Source: an uncultured Pseudomonadota bacterium
Lineage (GTDB): Bacteria; Pseudomonadota; Gammaproteobacteria; Burkholderiales; Thiobacillaceae
Length of the DNA stretch: 35,784 nt
Assembly: GCA_903883985.1 (NCBI GenBank)
Contig: CAISDD010000160.1
Coordinates: 1 to 35,784, forward strand
Direction of reading: 5' to 3'
Position 1 is the stretch's first letter, and each line of letters opens with the position of its first letter. Made by a program: the position numbers and the translations under genes. Under the pieces are notes generated by a model. It was not told where the DNA came from, ran no database searches, and saw only the letters and a program-made list of their open reading frames with translations. Positions 18,012-25,903 of the stretch are shown piece after piece.

Positions 18012-20465
18012 ATGTCACGCAAGGCCAAAGCCAACCCGAAAATACCGCCCTCACCCCATGACATGGACAGCGCCGCGTTGGCCGCGCTGGCCGAGGCGGA
18101 ATTGGCGCTGTCTCGCCACAAAGAAGCGATCGATATCTACAAGGAACTGCTCAAGCGTGAGCGACGGCCCCTCTGGGTCGATGGCTTGGCCGCGTGTTAC
18201 GCCGGTCGCGCCCAGAGTCTGGCCGCCAAGGGCATGATCAAGGAAGCGTTGGTGTTGTGGCGTAACCGCCAACATATTTGCGGCAAACCGCTGGTCGAGG
18301 GGCCTTTCCTGACCTGGCTCCTGCAGGCGGGGGAGCAGGACGAGGCGGTGCGACTACTGGCCGATACCTCTCTGCCCGAAGCAGCGCGCGCCGAACTGGA
18401 GACTCGCTTCGCCGCCATACTGCTGGCCTGGCCGCAGGACAAGCCACTCCCCGATCTGCCCGCCGATAGCGCACTGCTGCGCCACCTACCGGCCGCTCTG
18501 GCAGCGTTGGTGGCGTACAGCCAGGGGGATATGGCCGCTCTCGGCGAACACCTCCAGGCGATCCCGTTTCGTTCGCCGTACCGCGATTTGAAACCGCAGC
18601 TCAAGGCACTGGCGCTGCTGACAACGGATCCCACTGCGGCGGCGGCAACCGAGGTGATTGCCCGCCTGCCGACCGACGGCCCCTTCGAGCGGTTAACCGT
18701 GGCATTGCGCTGCGCGGCCTTGCCCGCTGGCCTCTGGCTAAGGGCATTACACGATCTCGACGAGGACAGCCGTCAACTGGTGCTGGACATCAAAGGCTGT
18801 CCAGACCCCCTGCGCCCGCTGCTTCTGGGACTTGCAAAATTAGGCGCCCCCCCCAATCCCGGGCAGTTTTTCGATCTGCTCGCAAGCCACCGACGCGCCC
18901 TGCCAGAGGGTAAAGCGGAGAATTTCTGCCGGCAATTACTGCCCCATGCGGCGAATCGACTGAAGTCCCATGCCGACACCTTCGGCGCCCTGCCCGAAGT
19001 GGAACGATTTCACCTTGCCGCCTTGGCGGCCGAGGCGCGCGGCGAGCACGGCCTGGCCGTGCCCCACTGGAAGCGCATGGCTGAACTGCTGGGAGTCGAT
19101 GCCAACAGGAAGCGGCACGCTGCGCTGATCTGGCGGCGACTGTCGGGGATGGATATCGCGGCCCTGGGGGATGCCGGTGCACTGGACCCGGACGCTATCG
19201 TCTACCTGGAGCGCAGTGTCGATCTCGATCCCGATCAACGCGACACCCAGTTACGGCTGATCGGCGAGCTCCGCCACGCGGGTGCGCTCACTCAGGCGCG
19301 CGCCCGCCTTGACCATGCCTTGCCGCGTTTTCCCAAGGATGCCGAGCTATTGTTCGAAGCCGTACAGGTGGCGCTCACCGGCAAAGCCTTCAAGAAAGCA
19401 GTGGGGCTGGCTAAACAGGTGCTGGAGCTAGACCCCATCAATCCTAGTGTGCGGCGCTTGATCGGCCACGCTCATTTCTCCCACGCCCGCAAGCAGATCA
19501 AGGCGAAAAACCACGCATCGGCGCGCAAGGAGCTGGAAGCGGCGGCGGAATGGCTGCGCGGTTCGGAAGATGGCGCGACGCTGAACTTGCTGCGCGCCCT
19601 CGCCAGTGACGACCGGGTGAGTTCCGGCATCGCGATTCGTAACGCGGCAGCCGACCTGGGTGGTGGCTTGCTGGGTGGCTTCCATCTGGCCCTGGAAGCG
19701 GGCCGGATGGCACTGAATGTGGCCGACCTGCTGGAGCGAGGGAAGGTCAATCTGGCCGCCACGCCCGCCCCCGCGAAGGTGGTCGACCTGATCCGAATGA
19801 TCGAAGCCGTGCGCGATACCGACACCACCTTACACGACAAGACCGTGCGCTTCGCCTTGCATCCTTTTCGCCCGTCACTTAAGCGGGCGGCGAGCGGCCA
19901 ATACGCCGAAGCGGAGCTGCGCCTGATTTGCGAAGCCTGGCTGCGCCTCGAGGAATATGAACTGCTCCGCCTCTATGCCGATGCCGCGCTGAAACATTGG
20001 CCGGGACAACCCCTCTTCGTCTATTTCAAGGCCATGTCTCAATACGCCGACCAGCCGTACAACATGCCCGAGCATATACGATACAACCTCGAACGCGCTG
20101 CCGAGGCAGCCCACGCTCAGGCTGATCGGCGCACGCTCCAGCGCATCCAGGATCTGGTTTATCCGATCGAGCCGGATAGAGGCTTTCCGGAGGATGAGAA
20201 CGACTTCTTCGATATGCCGGGGCATGACGATCCGAGTGAGATGTTCGAGATGCTGCTGCACGTGGGTGGCGAGGAGATGCTGTTCAGCATTGCGCGCCAG
20301 GCGATGGGTAAGAAGTCGTTCGATCTCCTGCGCAAGAATATGGGTGGCAACGACCAAGAGTTCGCTCGCTCCCTGGTCGAATTGATGACGCAACAGGCGC
20401 GACTTGGCGTCGCGCCGGCTCCACGCAAATCCCAGGTTAAACCGAGGAGCCCGTTCGATGACTGA
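18012..20465 (+). CDS. Large (817 aa) all-helical TPR-like repeat protein, first gene of the Hsp70 module
   Basis: Start chosen at ATG 18012 (GGAG 5 nt upstream). Upstream in-frame codons run into the MITE. Leu/Ala-rich helical-repeat composition throughout. The 3' end overlaps the next gene's start by 8 nt. Confidence 0.7.
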   Translation: MSRKAKANPKIPPSPHDMDSAALAALAEAELALSRHKEAIDIYKELLKRERRPLWVDGLAACYAGRAQSLAAKGMIKEALVLWRNRQHICGKPLVEGPFLTWLLQAGEQDEAVRLLADTSLPEAARAELETRFAAILLAWPQDKPLPDLPADSALLRHLPAALAALVAYSQGDMAALGEHLQAIPFRSPYRDLKPQLKALALLTTDPTAAAATEVIARLPTDGPFERLTVALRCAALPAGLWLRALHDLDEDSRQLVLDIKGCPDPLRPLLLGLAKLGAPPNPGQFFDLLASHRRALPEGKAENFCRQLLPHAANRLKSHADTFGALPEVERFHLAALAAEARGEHGLAVPHWKRMAELLGVDANRKRHAALIWRRLSGMDIAALGDAGALDPDAIVYLERSVDLDPDQRDTQLRLIGELRHAGALTQARARLDHALPRFPKDAELLFEAVQVALTGKAFKKAVGLAKQVLELDPINPSVRRLIGHAHFSHARKQIKAKNHASARKELEAAAEWLRGSEDGATLNLLRALASDDRVSSGIAIRNAAADLGGGLLGGFHLALEAGRMALNVADLLERGKVNLAATPAPAKVVDLIRMIEAVRDTDTTLHDKTVRFALHPFRPSLKRAASGQYAEAELRLICEAWLRLEEYELLRLYADAALKHWPGQPLFVYFKAMSQYADQPYNMPEHIRYNLERAAEAAHAQADRRTLQRIQDLVYPIEPDRGFPEDENDFFDMPGHDDPSEMFEMLLHVGGEEMLFSIARQAMGKKSFDLLRKNMGGNDQEFARSLVELMTQQARLGVAPAPRKSQVKPRSPFDD

Positions 20466-20763
20466 TCCTTACCGCCTACTTGGCGTGCCCGCCACGGCCA
20501 ACGACGAAACCATACGCCTTGCCTATCTGGTGGCACTGCGCACTAGCCCGCCCGAGCGCGACCGGCAACGTTTCGAGCAGATACGCGCCGCCTATGAAGC
20601 CATATCCAGCGCCCAGGCGCGCCGATTCCATGCTCTGTTCGACGTCACGGCCCCGACGCCGGAAGACGTGCTGGAGTCGATCAGCGCTACATTCCAGCCG
20701 CGCCGTCCATCGGAGCTGCGGTTGCGCCGGGTGTTGGGCGACAAGTCGGGGAGCAAGGGATGA
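20458..20763 (+). CDS. Small J-domain-like protein lacking the HPD motif
   Basis: DPYRLLGVPATANDETIRLAYLVALRTSPPERDRQRFEQIRAAYEAIS follows the J-domain helix I-III pattern (DYYxxLGV...EIKKAYRKLAxKYHPDxN...FxEIxxAYEVLS), but PPE/SPP sits where HPD should be. 101 aa. The ORF-track start at 20404 would overlap the previous gene by 62 nt, so the ATG at 20458 (MTDPYRLLGV, 8-nt overlap) is preferred. Confidence 0.65.
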   Translation: MTDPYRLLGVPATANDETIRLAYLVALRTSPPERDRQRFEQIRAAYEAISSAQARRFHALFDVTAPTPEDVLESISATFQPRRPSELRLRRVLGDKSGSKG

Positions 20764-21437
20764 GGCTAGACCCCGCCAAAAGGGAAAGGATGCTTGAGGA
20801 ATTCCGCGCCTACTTGGACGAGTCGGTGGAAGACGAGGTAGAGGAAAGCGACACGGAGGCCGGCGACACCCAGGTCGATCTGCACAGCCTGCTAGTCGAA
20901 ATGGCCACGCTAAAGAACGAAATCCGCCTGGAGTCTCGCCAGTTCAAGGCCATGCTCGAGGAAATGCGCCAGTTCGGCGAGGTCCTGCGCGCACAGAACG
21001 AACGCTTGAATCGCGATCTGGAACGGGCACGCGAACAGGCCGCCGTAAGCAAGCGCCAGGCCGAACGCGGCCTGTTGCTCGGCCTGCTCGATCTACGCGA
21101 TCGCTTGGCAGCCGGAGTGGATGCTGGCACAGCGCACCGTCCCGGCATCCTGGCGCGACTGGCCCCGGCCGAGATGCGCTTCGCCGACAGCCTGGCGCAG
21201 GGCCTGGCGCTGACGCTGCGACGGGCGGATGAGTTGTTGGCAGGGCACCAGGTGCGTCCACTGGAAGCCGTCGGCCTGGCCCTAGACCCGAATCGGATGC
21301 GCGCGGTGGGCGTCGACGCAGTGCCTGACAAGCCCGATGGAGAAGTGCTGCGCGAGGTTCTGCGTGGGTATTACCAACACGGCGAGTTGCTGCGCGCCGC
21401 CGAAGTCATCGTCAACAAGAAGGCCAGTCAAACATGA
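20760..21437 (+). CDS. grpE: GrpE-family nucleotide exchange factor
   Basis: N-terminal coiled coil. C-terminal GrpE signature region (LEAVGLALDPNRMRAVGV...EVLRGYYQHGELLRAAEVIVNK). ATGA overlaps at both ends. Confidence 0.85.
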   Translation: MRLDPAKRERMLEEFRAYLDESVEDEVEESDTEAGDTQVDLHSLLVEMATLKNEIRLESRQFKAMLEEMRQFGEVLRAQNERLNRDLERAREQAAVSKRQAERGLLLGLLDLRDRLAAGVDAGTAHRPGILARLAPAEMRFADSLAQGLALTLRRADELLAGHQVRPLEAVGLALDPNRMRAVGVDAVPDKPDGEVLREVLRGYYQHGELLRAAEVIVNKKASQT

Positions 21438-23200
21438 GTGAAATCATCATCGGTATCGATCTGGGTACCACCAACTCCGAAGTTGCCGTGGTGCGTGACG
21501 GGCGTGTGGAAGTCATCGCCATCTCCGAGGGGGTGCGCATTCTGCCCTCGATGGTCGGCCTGGCCGACGACGGCAGCCTGCTGGTCGGCGAAGCCGCCCG
21601 CAATCAATATGTTCTGCGCCCGGAACGCACTGTGCGTTCGATCAAGCGGCGCATGGGCGAAACCAGCCGCATCGCCCTGGGCGACAAGGACTACAGCCCG
21701 CCGGAAATCTCCGCCATGATCCTGCGCCGGTTGAAGCAGATCGCCGAGAATCACTTGGGGCAGACGGTCAACAAGGCGGTCATTACCGTGCCGGCCTATT
21801 TTTCCGACGTGCAGCGCCAGGCGACCCGCGAAGCCGGTGAAATCGCCGGGCTGGAGGTCGTGCGCATCCTCAACGAACCCACCGCCGCCGCGCTGACCTA
21901 TGAAACCGGTCATCAGTGTGCGCGCAAAGCGCTGGTGTACGACCTGGGCGGCGGCACCTTCGACGTATCGCTGGTCAACCTGGAAGGCGATGTAGTGGAA
22001 GTGCTCGCCAGCCACGGTAACAACCATCTGGGCGGTGACGACTTCGACCAGAAAATTGTCGAATTCGCCCTGGACCATCTCCAGACGACCTACGGCGCCG
22101 AGGTCGCTGATGCCGCGCGCTTGTCCGCCGTCGCCCTGGCGCGCCTGCAACGCGCCGCCGAGGCCGCCAAGATCACGCTATCCGACCATCCCTACGCCAT
22201 GCTTGCCGAGGAATACCTGCTGCTGCATCAGGGCGACCCGGTACACCTGGCGGTGGAACTTTCGCGCGGCGACTACGAGGCGATGATAGCCCCCTACATA
22301 GCCGAGACGCTGGATGCCACCCATATCGCCCTCGCCGGGGCACATCTGACCGTGTCAGACATCGACGAAATCCTGCTGGTCGGAGGCGCCACCCGCACGC
22401 CCTTGGTGGCGCGCCGCCTGGAGGAGGCGCTGGGCCTGGTGCCGCGCGGCGAGTTGGATCCCGACCTGTGCGTGGCCATGGGCGCGGCCATCCAGGCGGG
22501 CGTCATCCATGGCGACCAGACCTCCAGGGTGTTGGTCGATGTCACCCCCTACACCTTCGGCACTGCCGCCATCGGCATGCTCGACGGAGAAGAATATCCC
22601 TACTGCTTCATCCCCCTGATCCGCAAGAACACACCGATCCCCGTCACCAAGAGCGAAGTTTTTTACACCGCCCAAGATGGCCAGGAACGGATCGACGTCG
22701 GTGTTTATCAAGGCGAAGATCGCGACGCGCTCAACAACGTCGAAATCGGCCAGTTCACCATAGACGGTCTGCGCCGCGACGCTCCCGCCGGCAGTCGCAT
22801 CGTCACCACCTTCTCGCTCGACCTCGATGGCATACTCCACGTCACCACGCGCGAAAAAGAAACCGGCCTGGAACACTCCATCACCATCGCCAACGCCCTG
22901 GCGCGCCAGGAAACCGACCAGCTCGACGCCGCGCGCGAACGAGTACGCACCCTGTTCGGCGAGGCACCCTCAACACCCGGCAGCGCGGATGGCGACGGCG
23001 CCGACCACCGCCGCCAACGCGTGGAAGCGCTGGCCCTCGTGGAAAAGGCGGAACGCCTGCTAGGAACGGCCGGTGCGGAAGACGGCGAAGACCTGGTGAA
23101 CGGCATCGAAGCCGTCAAGGACGTCCTCGATCAAGGAAAGGAAGGGTTGAAAGTGGCCATGGACAGCCTCGCCGATCTGCTCTACTACCTGGAGGCTTGA
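21434..23200 (+). CDS. Hsp70-family ATPase (non-canonical DnaK paralogue, 588 aa)
   Basis: IGIDLGTTNS, VYDLGGGTFDVSLV and ILLVGGATRTPLV nucleotide-binding motifs. VDVTPYTFG substrate-binding beta domain. Short helical lid with no EEVD-type tail. Confidence 0.93.
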   Translation: MSEIIIGIDLGTTNSEVAVVRDGRVEVIAISEGVRILPSMVGLADDGSLLVGEAARNQYVLRPERTVRSIKRRMGETSRIALGDKDYSPPEISAMILRRLKQIAENHLGQTVNKAVITVPAYFSDVQRQATREAGEIAGLEVVRILNEPTAAALTYETGHQCARKALVYDLGGGTFDVSLVNLEGDVVEVLASHGNNHLGGDDFDQKIVEFALDHLQTTYGAEVADAARLSAVALARLQRAAEAAKITLSDHPYAMLAEEYLLLHQGDPVHLAVELSRGDYEAMIAPYIAETLDATHIALAGAHLTVSDIDEILLVGGATRTPLVARRLEEALGLVPRGELDPDLCVAMGAAIQAGVIHGDQTSRVLVDVTPYTFGTAAIGMLDGEEYPYCFIPLIRKNTPIPVTKSEVFYTAQDGQERIDVGVYQGEDRDALNNVEIGQFTIDGLRRDAPAGSRIVTTFSLDLDGILHVTTREKETGLEHSITIANALARQETDQLDAARERVRTLFGEAPSTPGSADGDGADHRRQRVEALALVEKAERLLGTAGAEDGEDLVNGIEAVKDVLDQGKEGLKVAMDSLADLLYYLEA

Positions 23201-23202
23201 GC

Positions 23203-23463
23203 ATGGAGCGCTGTCCATCTTGCCGCGGCCGCCTGAATGAAAGCGCGCTCTGCCCACGCTGTGGCTGCGACCTCAGCCTGGTGACTTGTGTCGAGTCGCG
23301 GGCCGAAAACCTCGTCCGACTTGCCATCCGGGCCTGGGCCTATGGCCACCCGAAGCTGGCCGTGGCCCACGTCGACAAATCGCTGGCCTTGAAGGGTGGC
23401 TCGCTGGCCGAGACCTTGGCGCCCCTGCTGCGCAAGATCGCACTTGGTTGGACGGCGGAATAA
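23203..23463 (+). CDS. Small zinc-ribbon protein (86 aa), last gene of the Hsp70 module
   Basis: MERCPSCRGRLNESALCPRCGCDL gives CxxC-N10-CxxC, followed by a helical segment. The ATG is 2 nt after the Hsp70 stop. The rest of ORF 22468-23463 is an Arg/Pro-rich off-frame shadow of hsp70. Confidence 0.55.
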   Translation: MERCPSCRGRLNESALCPRCGCDLSLVTCVESRAENLVRLAIRAWAYGHPKLAVAHVDKSLALKGGSLAETLAPLLRKIALGWTAE

Positions 23464-23476
23464 ACGGCATTCCGCC
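23454..23476. terminator. Hairpin overlapping the zinc-ribbon gene stop codon
   Basis: GGCGGAA-taaacggca-TTCCGCC between convergent genes. No U-tract, so weak as an intrinsic terminator. Confidence 0.25.
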
Positions 23477-23644
23477 CTACGGGGCTGTCGAACTCGGGTG
23501 GACCGGTTAGGCCAAGGTGGGTCGCCGATCGAGTGATCGGCCATGCCCTCTGTCTGATGCTGGTGGCCAAGGCTTGAGAGCGTTGTGGCCGGGGCTACGC
23601 GCCTCTGCTCCCCACGAAAGAGGGCAGAGGTCGTCGTGAACCGA

Positions 23645-24352
23645 TCAGCAGCGGTCGGCGTCGACGGAGTACTTGGAAAGCAGCACGGCTTGCACGGTGC
23701 CTGCGGGCGCCTCGCGATACTTGCCGATGCCATATTCCTTGTTGAGGTTGCCCTTGAATTTCTTGAAGAAGTCCTCGATCATATCCGCGCCATACATGCC
23801 GGTGGCGTAGATTTCGTCGGTAGCGGCGTCGTGCTCCAGGCGGATGCCAGGTAGTGGCTGGGGAGCCTTGCCGATTACGACCCGACCACCGTCCGCTGGA
23901 TCGAATGCGCTGTTGTGGGAGCAACAGGTAATTGCGACTGCGCGACCGGCGGTTTCGCTATTCCCCGCGATATAGGCCATCACGCTGCCTTTCTTTTCGG
24001 GGTGTGCCAGTTGGTGCGTGCACACGGCCAGGTAGGCGACGACATTCTTTTTGCTGCCTACACCACCGGGGAAGCTGTATTCCTCGCCCGATTCGGTCTT
24101 GAGGGTGGCGCCAGCCGGAGCGGCCGAAGGCAGCGCGATCAGGAAGGACGGGGTGCCGACAAACGGGTACCCGAACACGTAGGCTTCGTCCTTGGATAGG
24201 CTGGAAGCCTTGAGGGGCTTGCCATTGGCATCCACGAGCTTGACACGGGCGAAATCCTTGACCGTGCCCGCGTACACGAGCTGGGTGTGAACTCCTGTGG
24301 CGAGTGCTGCGGCGCCGGCGCTACACACTTTGATGAAGTTGCGTCTATCCAT
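23645..24352 (-). CDS. Tat-exported Rieske [2Fe-2S] protein
   Basis: Twin-arginine leader MDRRNFIKVCSAGAAALA. Rieske ligand boxes CTHQLAH and CCSHNSAFD. AAGGAG RBS before ATG 24352; the ORF-track start at 24451 is upstream read-through. Confidence 0.8.
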   Translation of the reverse strand: MDRRNFIKVCSAGAAALATGVHTQLVYAGTVKDFARVKLVDANGKPLKASSLSKDEAYVFGYPFVGTPSFLIALPSAAPAGATLKTESGEEYSFPGGVGSKKNVVAYLAVCTHQLAHPEKKGSVMAYIAGNSETAGRAVAITCCSHNSAFDPADGGRVVIGKAPQPLPGIRLEHDAATDEIYATGMYGADMIEDFFKKFKGNLNKEYGIGKYREAPAGTVQAVLLSKYSVDADRC

Positions 24353-24411
24353 TGCATGACTCCTTGATTTTGGAAAGGGGCCAAGCCCCTTTCCTGGTTG
24401 AGGCGTGCCGG

Positions 24412-25773
24412 TTAGCCGCCGAACGTGTCGCGATAGATGCCCTGTGCCCATTCCAGGTAGGCGCGGCCCATGGCCTGGTCGCGGGTTTCCCAGGTCTTGG
24501 TGTCGGGAGAGAAGCCGGTGATGGCGTCCTTGGCCGCATCGTAGGTGTACTTGGCGTCTACCTTGATGGCCTCTGGGGGGAAGCCGTTAGTCATGGAGTA
24601 GCACACGGTTTCCGGAGACTCCCAGGCGATTTCCTTGCCTTGAGCGCGCGCAGCCAGCACCTTGGCGACGAACTGGCCTTCGGTATTGGAGGTATTCGCG
24701 CTCTTGGAGTAGGGATGATTACGGGAATCGCCGGTGACGTAGACATGGGGGTCGCCGATGACGTTGTAGAAGCGCACGTCGACGTTGGCTTCCTTTTGCA
24801 AGCTCTTGGGATCGACCAGTCCCATCTGCTCGATCAAGGTGCTCGCGCGGATGTTGGGATAGATCGAGGCATCGTCGAATGAGTACTGGTCAAACTCGGT
24901 CTTGATGATTTTCTTCTCGGTGTCTACACCGGTGACGGCCGAGGTCGGTTTCCACTCCAGAACGTCCTTGTACAGGGTGTCGAAGGCGTCGTGAAAGCCC
25001 TTCGCCTTGATGGTGACTTCGGGGTTGGCGTCCAGGATCAGAACCTTGCCCTTGATGCCGTTCTTCTTGATCCAGCCGGCCATCAGGCAGGCACGCTCAT
25101 AGGGGCCGGGCAGGCAGCGGTAGTTGCCGGAAGGCACGGTCTGGATGAAGGTGCCGCCTTCGAATTCCTGGAACTTGCGGCGCAGTGTGACGTGTTCCAT
25201 GGGGGAGATGAAGCCGCCCGGGAATTTTTGTTGCACGTTGTAGACATTTTCTGGATCGGTCACGCCGATCTTGGCCCAGTCGTAGGAGATGCCGGGGGCC
25301 AGGACCAGGAAGTCATAGTCGATGGCGCCGTTGTTGGTGTAGAGCTTGCGCGCTGCGCGGTCCAGGCCGGTCGCGGCCGCGTTCACAAAGATGTAGTTGT
25401 TGTTGACCGCAGCATCCAGGAAGCTGTGGGCGGCCAGGAACTCGAGGTTGATGATGCCGACGTACCACAGGCTGCTGTTGTAGCAAGAGGCAAACATGTC
25501 GCGCTTATCGACCACGACCACGTCGAAATTGGGGTAGGTCTTCTTGGCGTGGGCGGCGATGGTCATCCCGGAGGTGCCGGCACCGACGATGACCAGACGT
25601 GGGCCCTTGGCCTTGGGCAGTTTGAGATAGTCGATGGTGGAAATGGCGGCCGACACGCTGCCGGAACCGGCAACGGCCGAACCCGTAACGCCGGTCGCGC
25701 AGCCGGCAGTCCCTGCGGCCAGCACCGCGCCGCCCATTTTCAGAAAATTGCGTCTGTCGAGGTTTTCATTCAT
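24412..25773 (-). CDS. Tat-exported FAD-dependent oxidoreductase, FccB/SoxF (flavocytochrome c sulfide dehydrogenase flavoprotein)-like
   Basis: Leader MNENLDRRNFLKMGG. Dinucleotide fold LVIVGAGTSGMT. FASCYNSS (cf. the FccB FAD-linking Cys region YYTCYLSN). YRCLPGPYERA (cf. FRCPPGPYERA). C-terminal IYRDTFGG (cf. IVHDTFG). AGGAGA RBS before ATG 25773. Confidence 0.8.
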   Translation of the reverse strand: MNENLDRRNFLKMGGAVLAAGTAGCATGVTGSAVAGSGSVSAAISTIDYLKLPKAKGPRLVIVGAGTSGMTIAAHAKKTYPNFDVVVVDKRDMFASCYNSSLWYVGIINLEFLAAHSFLDAAVNNNYIFVNAAATGLDRAARKLYTNNGAIDYDFLVLAPGISYDWAKIGVTDPENVYNVQQKFPGGFISPMEHVTLRRKFQEFEGGTFIQTVPSGNYRCLPGPYERACLMAGWIKKNGIKGKVLILDANPEVTIKAKGFHDAFDTLYKDVLEWKPTSAVTGVDTEKKIIKTEFDQYSFDDASIYPNIRASTLIEQMGLVDPKSLQKEANVDVRFYNVIGDPHVYVTGDSRNHPYSKSANTSNTEGQFVAKVLAARAQGKEIAWESPETVCYSMTNGFPPEAIKVDAKYTYDAAKDAITGFSPDTKTWETRDQAMGRAYLEWAQGIYRDTFGG

Positions 25774-25903
25774 GAAGAGGTCTCCTGCCTTATATATTGG
25801 AAAACCCAACCCCGACTGAGCGGCATTCGTGCCATGGGAATGGGGCGCGGCTATGCTAAGCGTGCCAAGGTCAAGTCTGAGTTGTTGTTGGGTAAAGAAA
25901 TGG

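Noticed and set aside
20404-20457. The 18 upstream codons of the J-like ORF (MASRRLHANPRLNRGARS).
   Set aside because: They overlap the end of the 817-aa gene by 62 nt. The ATG at 20458 gives the usual J-domain N-terminus (xDPYxxLGV) and a short coupling overlap.
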